Of a DNA stretch of 64,000 bases, positions 50,290 through 62,610 are shown piece by piece. The notes below the pieces were generated by a model. It had not been told where the DNA came from. It ran no database searches and worked only from the letters and a program-made list of their open reading frames with translations. How positions within the stretch are numbered: position 1 is the first letter of the stretch; the number at the start of each line of letters is the position of its first letter. Source of the stretch: Squalus acanthias (lineage: Eukaryota); contig CM059433.1 of assembly GCA_030390025.1 (NCBI GenBank), positions 14,572,001-14,636,000 of the forward strand, read 5' to 3'. The position numbers and the translations under genes were made by a program.

Positions 50290-51153
50290 GTCATCACCTG
50301 TGAGCCAAGTTTCCGTCAAGACCGTGATGTCAATTAAATCATCCATCATAAGGTCATGGATGGCAAGGGCCTTGTTCGCAAGCGAACAGACATCCTGGCG
50401 GGAGATGCGGAGAGGGGCGATGATTGTAAGTCCGCTGGCAGAGTCCAACGGGTCAGTGGTGGGAGGGGTGAGTGGGACAGGAAGGAAGTTGGCAAGATTA
50501 TATCCCCCAGCGGGTGCACTCGGTGGGAAGGTCAGCGAGTTGAGGAGGACTGGGGATTTGGGGTCGCTTGGAAGAATGCCAAAAGAGGCACGGAGGGAGC
50601 CTATGGGCTTACCTAAGAGGGAGTCAAGCCTGGGGCGGCAGAGAGAGAGCAGGAATGTAGAGGAATTGTGAAAGATTGAAGTAGGCATTTGCAGGGTGCA
50701 AAGTACTCGAGAGGGGAGAAATGAAAGGAGGCATGACTGGGTAACAGGACGAGGAGGGGACAGGACGGAAGAGCCCATGAAGGGTAAAGAGAAGAGAATG
50801 AATATAGGGGAGAAAGAAGTAATAGGCTCGGGGCCAGAGCAGCAGCCAAAATACACAAGCGAATGGACACAGAGGAAATTCAGGTGACATAGGCATGATA
50901 AATTTAGAATGGCTGTGGCCTGGCTGTAAACAGAGGATAGAAAGGAGGAATTAGAAAGAATCCAAAGTTAAAGTCAGAGGTCCCGTAGTGGGATGAAGTT
51001 GACTTATAGATAGGGTGGAGTGAGCTTGGAGTAACGATGAACTAATGCCCAAATTCGAAGACAGGTGTGGAGGGCAAGTGAACAATTCAAGGAGTGGAGG
51101 ACAGCTAAAGAGTGAATATGTTTGGATTATGATTGGAAGAATTACTGGTACGA

Positions 51154-51193
<40 letters not shown>

Positions 51194-53499
51194 CCTGGGG
51201 AATCCATGAATTAATAAGAAACAAGTGATAGTTTGCTCCATCAACCATAATACAGATGGAGCGAGATAGCCATGAACTTAGCTTAGTTGGAAAACATATG
51301 TTGGTAACTTGTTTAAAAGTACACAGTGCCAGATCCTCATGCATTTTTAGCCACAATCCAGGCTTTCTTATCAATAGAGTCTCATCAGTCAGTCCCTCCC
51401 CATCACACATCCAGTATAAGTACATCAAGAACAGTCCAAGTCACAGTCCCTTACACATGGTCAGCTCCTCTCGGTCAAATCAATATCTTATACTGTGCCA
51501 GCCACGCTCCCAGTCAATTCAGTTAGTCCCTTACACACTGCCACTTTCAGTCAGTCTTTAACACAGTCACGGTCAGACATACTATTAGTATAATTCACAG
51601 TTCCTCGTGTGCTGCAAGCAACAGTAGCAGTCTAATATAGTAATACCTCATACACTGCTAGTCATATTATAATTGAATTCAAAGCCCCTCATACTGCTAA
51701 ATTAATTAGCTCCCTGCTCATTGGATCCCACATAGATGTACAGAAAATTAATGATAAGGTGGTACTTGGGCAAGTGCAGTACTGCGTTCCCTCCAGTAGC
51801 TCAGCAAGGAGTCAACACTCTGAGGAGAAGAAGAGGAAAGGGAACAATATTCATAAGGAAAAAAGGCACCGATTTTCAAGGAGGACATTCAGAATGAAGC
51901 AGGAGGACTCAAATTAATCCAGTTGGAGGAAGAAAATAAATGTTAAAATTACTGATCCAGGCCCAAGGCGGCTGACGGGGTAAGATTTGATGTTATTTAC
52001 TGCACTAGTAAGCAGGAAGCACAGATTGAGAAGAAACCCAACATCCAGGAAAGAGCAGCTAAACTCTCTACTGATTCCACCACCCCACCACCTCCAGTCC
52101 CCCAGCACAACATTGAAGAAGTTTCAGTTGTTTAGGATTCCAAGCCATCGCCAGAACCCTTAGAAAATATTCATTATACAGTCCTGTTGTTGCTGGATCC
52201 TTTCCCTGGAAACAAGGGTAATAGAAATGTTCTCAGAACAATTCCTTTGTAAATGATCCCATGGCACCATGTCTTGAGAAATTCAAAAACACCATGGGTT
52301 TGGCATGAGGCAATGCCTTACATATACAGTTAACTCAAGACGAAAAATCTCCCACTTCAGATTTACCCAATGTTGATACTGCGCTTAATACCTACATACA
52401 TTTCCTCCTATAGTGTAGCACTCTGAAACTCATTATCTGCTCAATAAAATATTAATTTGATGTCCGTTGCCATTATCGACATCAGTTGATTGTTTTCTGC
52501 AAATCCTGTTAAGTGCAACTCAAGTAGTCAGAATTTATTAGTTATTTGATTTTTTCTTAAATTACTTTTCAGTCCCTTGTACTAATTGCAAAAATAATGC
52601 ACTTATTGTAACATATTGTGCCGCCTTTGTGATTACAGTGAGAAAGACAATTTATTATGAACTGTGCGATAATACAGCTGTATTAATCTGTACACCAGTG
52701 TCATAGAGTATCATTTAGGCTGTGTACAAAACTAGTAAAAAAAAACACAAGCCCTAATTGCTTTCCATAGAGGTGGCCTCTTTTACTGCCTGCATCAATC
52801 CATTCATTTTGCGCCTGATAAAAGAGTGCAGTACCATCAAATTTCTTGGCCCAAGTTTGTTCCTTGTTTTCTTTCTCTTGAATCGTTGACAGTAGAGGGC
52901 CTTTACTAGACCCTGAATGGCACTCTTGCACTGTTCCACTGAGCCTAATGGGGAGGCAATGGGCGGAATTCCTGAGTAGCCGGAGATCTCCCTCAAACAT
53001 GCCCTGAAGAGGTGGGGAAAATGAAGACTCACTTGCTTCCCCCATACTTCAAACATGGTGGAAACCCATTGGGTCTGGAACTGTGCCAAATTCCAGCTCC
53101 CAAGTGGGCAATGCGCCTGCTCCCCACTCCCCCCTTCCCCCCTCCCCCCGGAATTTTGGACCCTGTGACTTTTTTTCTCTTCCTACCTCGAAAATGGTGA
53201 TGGTCAGTACAATTTTTAACTTGAAAATTTGTCACTGGAAAAACCATTCCTCTGTTTGAACTGGATTGACACTTGCTACGGAACGGTTACATAGCACTGC
53301 ACCGTGCCCTGGATGAGAATAATAGGCAACATTGGCAGTAATTGAAACCGCTGCCTCCTTCTTTAAAAATGCAGTTAGACTTTCCAATTAAAGATGTCAA
53401 CAAAACAAACTAAACCCTGTCAGTGAATGGTGATAATAGGCTTCTCCCACTGCAATTGCCTGGGCTCTGACTTCTCTCTGAACCGAATAACTAGGGCAG

Positions 53500-56400
53500 T
53501 AGACTGGGCTTTAAACTAATGAAGAGGGGGGGGGGGGTGGGAGGATTCAGGAAAGAGTAAATTTAAAAGGAGTGAGAGAAATGTCAAGGCTCTAGAGCAG
53601 AGTAGAGATTTGGGTAAAAATAAGCTGAGTGGGTCAGGAAGGGACAGAGAGATTAACAAAGGTAATAAGGCATCAGTGACTAAGATGACATCAGGGAAAA
53701 ATAGAAATAAGTCAAAGCTAAAGGCACTATATCTGAATGCGCAAAGTATTCGTAACAAAATAAATGAATGAATAGTGCAGATAGAAATCAATAGGTTTGA
53801 TCTGATAGCCATTATGGAGACGTGGTTGCAATGTGGCCAAGGTTGGGGACTAAATATTCCAGGATACTTAACTTTTAGAAGAAATAGGCAAAATGGAAAA
53901 GGAGGCGGGGTAGACCTGATAATAAAGGATGGGATAAAGACAGTAGAGAGAAAGGATCTTGGCTCTGAAAATCAAGAAGTAGAATCAGTTTGGGTGGAGC
54001 TAAGAAACAGCAAGGGGCAGAAAACATTGGTGGGAATTGTTTATAGGCCCCCATACAGTAGTTGTAATGTAGGGCAGTGTATAAATCAGGAAGTTAGAGG
54101 AGCATGTAAAAAGGGTAATACAGTAATCATGGGGGACTTTAACCTACATATAGACTGGGCAAACCAAATTTGCAGTAATAGTATGAAGGACGAATTCATG
54201 GAATGTATGCAAGATAGTTTTCTAGATCAGTATGTTGAGGAACCAACTAGGGAACAGGTTATTTTAGATCTAGTATTGTGCAACGAGAAAGGGTTAATTA
54301 ATAACCTTGTTGTAAAGGGGCCGTGAGGGAAGAGTGACCATAATGTGATAGAATTTTATATTGAGTTTGAAAGTGATTTAGTTAAATCCGAAACTAGGGT
54401 CTTAAATCTAAACAAAGCAAACTATGTAGATAAGAGGGACGAGTTGGCTAAGGTAGATTGGGAAACTACATTAAAAGGTATGATGGTAGAGAAGCAATGG
54501 CTAGCATTTAAAGAATTAATACATAATTTACAACAAATATACATTCCTTTAAGGCACAAAAACCCCACAGGAAAAGTGGTCCAACCGTGGCTAACAAGAG
54601 AAGTTAAAGGTAGTATTAGATCAAAGGAAGAGGCTTATAATATTTCCAAAGTGAGTTGTAAGCCTGAGGATTGGGAGGATTTTAGAATTCAGCAAAGGAG
54701 GACCAAGAAATTGTTAAAGAAAAGGAAAATAGAATATGAGAGTAAACTAACGTGAGACATAAAAACAGACTGTAAAGCTTCTATAGGTATGTAAAAAGGA
54801 AAAGATTAGCGAAAGTAAATGTGGGTCCAGGCTAAGACAGGAGAAATTATAATGGGGAATAAGGAAATGGCTTAGAAATTAAACAAATACTTTGGGCTGG
54901 ATTTTCAATGACCCGTGGAGTCGGGTTTGGAGGCCAGGGGGGGGGGTTAAAGTTGCAGATTCGGGGGTCCTGACCCCATCCCGCCTCTAACCCGCCTCCA
55001 TGCCAGTTTCTCTGGCGGCGGGTACCCGACCTGTGCTGAGACCCGACTCCCTGAGGCGGGAAGGGATTAGTGACAATTAACTGCCTGTTAACAGTAGCTA
55101 ACAGGCAGTTTTTTGCATAATCCCTATTTTCATTGCTGAAATGTGGGCTTCCTGACAGGTGGCAAACACGCCAAGTTATCAGGGTGGGCCGTGGGTCTGC
55201 AGGGGTTGGAGGGGTCGATATGTCCGGTGGGCAGGTGAGTGATGGGTGCATGTGTGCAGAGGTAAGTGTGTAAGGTAAGTGCTAAGTGTTGGAAAAAGTT
55301 TTACTTACCTTAACTTCCTCCTGCAGGTGTCAGCCCTTCAGTTCTCGGGAGTTAGAAATCTCACCGGCACAGAAAGCAGGAAAGCCATGGTTCTGTCAAA
55401 AACTGCAGCCTTCTGTTTTCTGTGCTGGAATGATTTCTAACTCAGCCTGAGAGGAAGGACTGAAGTTAGAAATCATATCGTGAGCGTTTGACAGCTTCAC
55501 AGAGCTGTCAAACGCTGATATTTCATCTGTCAAAAGCTCTTGACAGATGAAATGTCAATCTGTGATGTCACCTGTTGCCGGGTGGCCCTTAATTGACCTG
55601 CTGAGCCCACTGGGTGGGCTCAACAAGGTCAATCAAGGGAAAATACAGTGGGTTGGCCACATCTCGATGGAGGCGGGTTCACAAGCCTGAATGTGTGATT
55701 CCCGACACCAACCCGACCCCAGATTCAAAATCCAGCCCTTTGTGTCTGTCTTCACAGAAGAAGACGCAAAAAACTTCCTGGAAATAGTGGAGAACCAAGG
55801 GTCTAATGAGAATGAGGAACTGAAAGAAACTAGTATTAGTAAAAAAAAAGTACTGGAGAAATTAATGGGACTGAAAGCCAATAAATCCCCTGGACCTGAT
55901 GGCATACATCCTAGGTTTTTGAAAGAGGTGGCTATAGAGATAGTGGATGCATTGGTTGTCATTTTCCAAAATTCCACAGATTCTAGAACGGTTCCCATGG
56001 ATTGGAAGGGAGCAAATGTAACCCCACTATTTAAGAAAGGAGGGAGAGAGAAAACGGGGAACTACAGACCAGTTAGCATGACATCAGTAGTAGGGAAAAT
56101 GCTAGAATCTATTATTAAGGACGTGGTAACAGGGCACTTAGAAAATAATAATAGGATTGGGCAGAGTCAACAGGGATTTATGAAAGGTAAATCGTGTTTG
56201 ACAAATCTGTTAGAGTTTTTTGAGGTTGTAACTAGCAGAATAGCTAAGGGGGAACCAGTGGATGTGACGTATTTGGATTTTCAGAAGGCATTCGATAAGG
56301 TGCCACACAAGAGGTTATTAAACAAAATTAGGGCTCATGGGATTGGGGGTAATATACTAGCAAGGACTGAGGATTGGTTAACGGACAGAAAACAGAGAGT

Positions 56401-57450
56401 AGGAATAAACGGGTCATTTTCGGGTTGGCAGGCTGTAACTAGTGGGGTACCGCAAGGATCAGTGCTTGGGCCTCAGCTATTCACAATCTATATCAATGAT
56501 TTGGATGAGGGGACCAAATGTAATATATCCAAGTTTGCTGATGATACAAAGCTGGGTGGGAATGTAAGTTGTGAGGAGGATGCAAAGAGGCTTCAAGGGG
56601 ATATAGACAAGCTAAGTGAGTGGGCAAAAACATGGCAAATGGAATATAATGTGGAGAAATGTGAAGTTATCCACTTTGGTAGAAAAAATAGAAAAGCAGA
56701 GTATTTTTTAAATGGTGAGAGATTGCATAATGTTGGTATTCAGAGGGACCTGGGTGTCCTTGTACACAAATCATTGAAAGTTAACATGCAGGTACAGCAA
56801 GCAATTAGGAAAGCAAATGGTATGTTGGCCTTTTTACAAGAGGATTTAAGTATAAGAGTAAAGATGTCTTACTGCAATTATATAGGGTGAGACCACACCT
56901 GGAGTATTGTGTACAGTTTTGCTCTCCTTATCTAAGGAAGGATATACTTGCCATAGAGGGAGTGCAACAAAGGTTCACCAGACTGATTGCTGGGATGGGG
57001 GGATTGTCCTATGAGAAGCGATTGAGTAGACTAGGCCTATATTCTCTGGAGTTTAGAAGAATGAGAGGTGATTTCATTAAAACATACAAAATTCTTACAG
57101 GGCTTGACAGGGTAGATGCAGGGAGGATGTTTCCCCTGGCTGGGGAGTCTAGAACCAGGGGTCACAGTCTCAGAATAAGGGGTCGGCCATTTAGGACTGA
57201 GATGAGGAGAAATTGCTTCACTCAGAGGGTGGTGAATCTTTGGAATTCTCTACCCCAGAGGGCTGTGGAGGCTCAGTCGTTGAGTATATTCAAGACAGAG
57301 ATCGGTAGATTTTTGGATATTGAGGTAATCAAGGGATATGGGGATAGTGCAGGAAAGTGGAGATGAGGTAGAAGATCAGCCATGATCTTATTGAATGGCA
57401 GAGCAGGCTCGAAGGGCCAAATGGTCTACTCCTGCTCCTATTCTTATGTA
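53500..57450 (+). mobile_element. CR1 LINE with nearly full ORF2 (stops and frameshifts) and 3' tail
   Basis: YLNAQSI, METW, YRPP, GDFN, KSPGPDG, GVPQGSVLGP, KFADDTK and RPHLEYC in order. Tail ctcctgctcctattcttatg. Confidence 0.96.
54894..55738. mobile_element. PIF/Harbinger-like MITE (family A) inserted in CR1 ORF2
   Basis: 16-bp TIR with one mismatch and TTT TSD (54891-54893, 55739-55741). Removing it restores LNKYFVSVFTEE. Confidence 0.92.
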
Positions 57451-57676
57451 TTCAAAGGGTTGTTCTTACACTACATAAAATCATTGGTGTCACTTCTAGA
57501 GAGTGATCCCTGTTGTGATTTTATATCATTCCATTGAGTGCCACTCTCTAGATCCCTGCTGGCTTCCACTGTGCTTTATGGAGACTGATGGCTTAGATAG
57601 AATGGCAATGTGGGGGATGGCTCCTTGGAGGTAATATTCATCTTAAAATACATAACCTAACCTATCTGAATTGATG

Positions 57677-58375
57677 GGGCTAGAAATTCGGTGCCTTAGC
57701 GCCTCCCGTTTTCGCCTCCGGGGGGCAATAACAGGGCGCTAAGGTCTTATCGCCTGGGCACGGCGATGTTACCGCCGCCCGCGAAATTCATCTGCTGGTT
57801 TGCAGCGGCAGTAACCCCCATCACCACACCCGCCTGCAGTCAGAGATCGTGACATCATCCGGCTGCGCATCGCCCCGGTAGCACCCCGGACCTGAAATTA
57901 ATTTCCTCCCCTTGAAGCATCGCCGGGCAAAAACAACGGCAGCTTCAGGGTACGTGCATCGGGCGACTGGCCGCTTCGGGGGCGATGTTTAAAGGCGAGG
58001 TAAGTAAAAATAAAACACGTACCTTTTTTGATCCTTTTTTTGTTGCAGCTTCCTGCCCGCGATTGAGTGAGTGCCGGGCTGATCGCGCGGGTTCGCCGCT
58101 CCCTTAGTGGTCCAGGTAGGTGCCCTTTCTTTTGCAGAGCCTGCAGCGATGGCCCTTACCTTTAAGGGAGGGAAGGAGCCTTATTACGCGGCAGCGCTGC
58201 GTGGCCCGGTGTGCAGCGCTGCAGTATTCACCGCCCAACCTGAGCGCTTGATTTAGCGCTCCACCTCCCTCTTGGAGCGAGAAAACTGAATTGTTCAAAA
58301 GTTAGAAAAACATAGCGCCTGACGCTAATTTTCCAAACTTTTAAAAGTTATCGCCCCAAACCCAACTTCACCCCC
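57677..58375. mobile_element. CpG-rich TIR element related to 21957-22770
   Basis: Starts gggctagaaattc, ends aacttcaccccc. Confidence 0.65.
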
Positions 58376-58517
58376 ATGGTATTGTAACCCCAAATATATG
58401 AGTTTGCAATAGAGTGCTAGCTATCTGTTCCTATATAAGCATTGGGGGGCGTTGGGGTGAGGGGGATTTATTCTTCACTATTTGGATGGTAGATTTACAG
58501 GCCAGCCTCTTCCATTG

Positions 58518-58743
58518 TGAGAAGTCGCACAACACCAGGTTATAGTCCAACAGATTTATTTAAAATTACAAGCTTTCGGAGCTATCGATCGCCCCTTCTT
58601 CAGGTAAAGTAACTTTACCTGAAGAAGGGGCGATCGATAGCTCCGAAAGCTTGTAATTTTAAATAAATCTGTTGACTATAACCTGGTGTTGTGCGACTTC
58701 TCATTTTTGTCCACCCCAGTCCAACGCCGGCATCTCCGCATCA
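58518..58743. mobile_element. Short Penelope-like foldback insert with hammerhead-like cores on both strands
   Basis: TSD tcttccattgtg (58508-58519, 58744-58755). Arms 58518-58610 and 58612-58703. CTGAAGA-aGGGGC-gatcgata-GCTCC-GAAA-GCTTG at 58619-58653. Confidence 0.85.
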
Positions 58744-59159
58744 TCTTCCATTGTGGGCAAGCGATTTACCCCACCTGTTTACCACCGAAATAGTGAAGAC
58801 CAAAACTACCCACTACATGTTTACATAGGAAACATTGGCATTAATCCTATTGCATACTCACCGAGGGAGAATGGCATATCTCTCACCCGCTGTCAAAAAA
58901 CACAACTAGCGTGCCCAGGAACTTAAGTCAGAAATCACGAGTTAAATAAAGCAGAATTAAGTTACTCTCGAAACCACCAGCTAATGAAGCAGTACCGTGC
59001 TGACAGGGGATTAGTGTTTTATCGGGAAAATAATTAGGCTACATGAGAGAGCGAATTGATTTGTGTTTATTCTAACCGGATTAGATTAAGCAGGAAAGAA
59101 TGGCGACAAGAAATTGCACAGTGGTACTAAATTGGAAATGACTTTCTTGAAGAAAATGT

Positions 59160-59400
59160 ACGAATGAGAGGTGACCTGATAGAGGTCTTTAAAATTATGA
59201 AGGGGGTTCAATAGGGTGGTTGCAGAGAAGATATTTCCATTTGTGGGGGAGTCCAAAACTAGGGGCCATAAATAGAAGATAGTCACTCATAAATCCAACA
59301 AGGAATTCAGGAGAAACTTCTTGGAGCATAAACACAACGGCATAGGCCTGTTGTTCCGAATGGCCTGTTTCCGTTCTGTAAAATTCTATGTAATTCTTTG
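59160..59400 (+). mobile_element. CR1 3' remnant
   Basis: RMRGDLIEVFKIMKG followed by the ccgaatggcctgtttc tail. Confidence 0.85.
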
Positions 59401-61559
59401 TATGATAGCCAAATCAGCCTAAATATGACCAATTCAAACTGGCTAGGTCACAGCCAGGCTTCTCTGTTTATCACAAAAATGAAATCTGCACAGACCACTT
59501 ACCAGATGTTCACTTTGCACTTGGAAGGACAAGGGTTGATCTGCATTACAAGCAGATTTTCTCCCTATGTGCATACTGCATATGTAAATATATGTGCTTA
59601 ACTTAATTTGCGTCGTATGTAAACAGTCACTACGCTTTAACAGCCATTTGTGGTTGGCTAGATAAAGTAGCTTAATCTTGTAATCTTTAGACATTACTTC
59701 AGCCATCTTTCAAAAGCGAGAAGCATCGTTAGCACCGCTTTAAAAAGTATAACAACTGAATTAATTGGGATCAACATTAACATCTAGTTGTTTTATCCAC
59801 CTACTAATTTCTGAAGTGAGAGAGAGAGCTGATGGTATCACTGAAAATACTGGCATCGGAGGATTACTAGAACTACTTCAGCGATCGTGGCTAAAAAGAC
59901 ATTGAAATTTCTGCTTTTTTGTGGGATTCTGTACCAGTGGCCAGCTGACCGTACCTAATTCAGTAAGCCCAATTGATAAATGTAATTAGAATTTTCAGAA
60001 AGTTAGAAAGCACTATGATCGGCAAGGGGTGGAGTATGTGAAGAACAGTAGGTCTTAAAGGGCTGCTGCTCCCACTTCAAGCTAGCCTGCTTTTTTGACT
60101 GCAGCAAATCTACAAGGCCAGCAATAGGTGGTCAAGGGAATGGGGGAAGAACAACCCAGTTTCTGGCCTGGATAAGAGTGCCAAGGTATGGTTGGCCAGA
60201 ATTTGTCAACTCTAATCAAATATATGACCAGAGCATGCAAGGCACAAACACTGTACTAAGAGTATGGTGCCACAGCAACAAAGGAACATGGGAAATGTTG
60301 ACGCTCCTTTCACATCTGTTCCTCCATGGCCAACTCGGTGCAGGGCAAACATTATGGCTGGCACTCAATATGCCTCTCTAAGGTCACGCATAACATTGGC
60401 ATATTGGCCCTGAAACTACTTGCATGCTGCTTTGTCATACATTCACACAAGGTGGAGTGTAGGCTGTGCACTGGGGGGCACTCTGCTCTTCCAAATGCTA
60501 ACGGATATAGGTTTCGCATGGCTTTGAAAGACCAGCATAAAGAGAATACAAGAACCACTGGCAAGCTTTTCAAACCGAGAAGACTCGAGCAACAAAAAGA
60601 GGCAGCGCTACAAACGGTTGGAGTGAAATAAATTGAGGGTTTGGGTCAAGAAGAGCTTGATCTCATTAAATGGCGGAACAGGCTCGAGGGGCCGAATGGC
60701 CTACTCCTGCTCCTATCTTCTATGAAAATTTGCGCCAGTGCAATAAAGATAGTGTCCTCTTTAACCAAATCTTTTTTCTCCTTTTGAAACTCACTCAGAC
60801 CCGCATTCTGCACGATGTCAGTATGGCATGTAATGTATTTGCATTGGAACTCTGTCCAAAGCCATTTCATACAGGCACCATGCCAACAAATTGTCCTAAA
60901 ATGACATAGCTGCTTCCAGAAATAATCAGGAAGCCCGCGCATCTCGTAAGCACCTGTCACACATTCCTTATTCTACAGGCACCAGCTCACGTACATCCGC
61001 CTCGGGGGATACACATCATCAGGGTCAGGAGGGGAACACATGATGAAGCATACAGTACATGTGAGGAGGATCAAATGGAGCCGGCAGTAGAGGGGTGGGG
61101 GAAAAACAGCTGAACGGAAGCCCAGCCCTGATGTTATTCAACTGAAGGAGTCAGGATGATTCCCTATATTTAATGTTGGAGAAGTACAGGTCTGACACTA
61201 CTGCAACAATGCGTGAGAGATTAAGACCTCTAGTCCACCATAGGGTGAGTGGCAACTCTATGAGCTTCTTTAGAGGAGCCCCCGAGGACAGAGGTCTAAA
61301 GCACAGTTGCTGGTTCTCTTGCGAATGCTCACCCGATGACATCAGCGGGACGCCTGATCGATTTATGTGATTGGCTCCCATTTAAGTTTGACTGGCGCTA
61401 ATCATGCTGCTAACTGTTTTTTTTTTGAGGGATGGAAATCTGGCAGGCCTGTCACATCTTAAAACCAGCTTGCACCTCTTAAAGGGGAGGTAGAGTTTGC
61501 ATTGCTGGTGTGTGGATAAATGCATTTCTCGATTGACATGCACAATATTTGATGGTCAA

Positions 61560-61752
61560 GGCACCGTAATTTTCAGATACTGCAATGGAGGTACTTTTTG
61601 AGGAAGTCAGGGCTAGGAAGGAGGTCTTGTTTCCCTCAGATGGCAGACAAGCGCCACACCAAATAAGTCAACGAGCATGGAGAGAGATAGCTGAGCAGAT
61701 CAGTGTCAGCTGCATCATTCCCAAGATCGGGCTGCAGTGTGGAAAAAACGTA
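61560..61752 (+). pseudogene. Divergent Myb/SANT-like exon remnant (Harbinger-type)
   Basis: FSDTAMEVLFEEVRARKEVLFPSDG..RAWREIAEQIS..LQCGK aligns by eye with the family B exon. Confidence 0.7.
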
Positions 61753-62610
61753 ATGCCCTGCAACACCACACTTTTCCCTAATACTTCTCTCTTCTGCTGC
61801 ACGGACCACTGCTCGAATCACAACGGGATACTTCACTACATCTCCTTCTGCTTACACTTACAACCCTTTATGGACTCTTTCCGATTTGCCCCAAGCTGAC
61901 GCCGTATTGGTAACAGTGGTGGTTTTTAATTTGGTATAAGTAAGACTTGATACATTACAGTATTTGGGCAGCAGTTTACAAGGTACAGTTGAGAATTATA
62001 TTACCCCGGTGTTCCTTGGGTAGAAGCTGTGACGTCCTTTTCCACGTTCCCTCTACAGTTCATCCTCGTTCACCCTCCAGGTGATTGCTGTTAAATCTTC
62101 TACACTGAGAATGATTCCAAGCCCCCTGATTATACGCCACAAACAGGAACTTGCAGCAGAATTCGTCCAATCACGTTTTCTGCCATAATCCCCCCTCAAC
62201 CTACCCAATCATATTGATGATACGTACAGGCACAGGCGGTGCTTGGGCCTTTCTTATCTCTGCCTCCAGCCTCATCACAAGCTTCTATTGTCTCTGGATT
62301 AATGGCCCATCCTGCAGACCTTGAAACGAACAGCCTTACTGTCTGTAATCGAGTCTCGAAACATTGTCCTCGTTACTATTTTAATTAGAGGAATGAATGT
62401 AACTGTGGCCTATCAAAGCTAAGAGATTAAATGTACCAAGGGCCAATATTATAAACTGATCAAAGTGGTTGTAGATTGAACAAAGGAATAAACAGCATAC
62501 TTGTTCGACTGGGAGAGCCTATTATCAACTGTAGCAGTTTAAGATGAATCCGCTGTTACATGCAAGTTGCAATTTTTTAATTCTTCGGATCAGTTTCCCC
62601 AAATACTTTT

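Larger units (their letters stand above)
46300..50900 (-). mobile_element. Long decayed L2 LINE hosting nested insertions
   Basis: 3' tail near 46300, FILSDFNLHLN (~49860-49895) and SLANKALAIHDL..ITVLTETWL (~50300-50385). Confidence 0.85.

Noticed and set aside
60180..60960. Possible decayed transposase next to the 61.6-kb Myb exon
   Set aside because: Only vague motif resemblance; not supportable without a profile search.
61900..62560. Possible solo LTR (also ~51250-51600)
   Set aside because: No clear TG..CA ends, TSD, primer-binding site or second copy.
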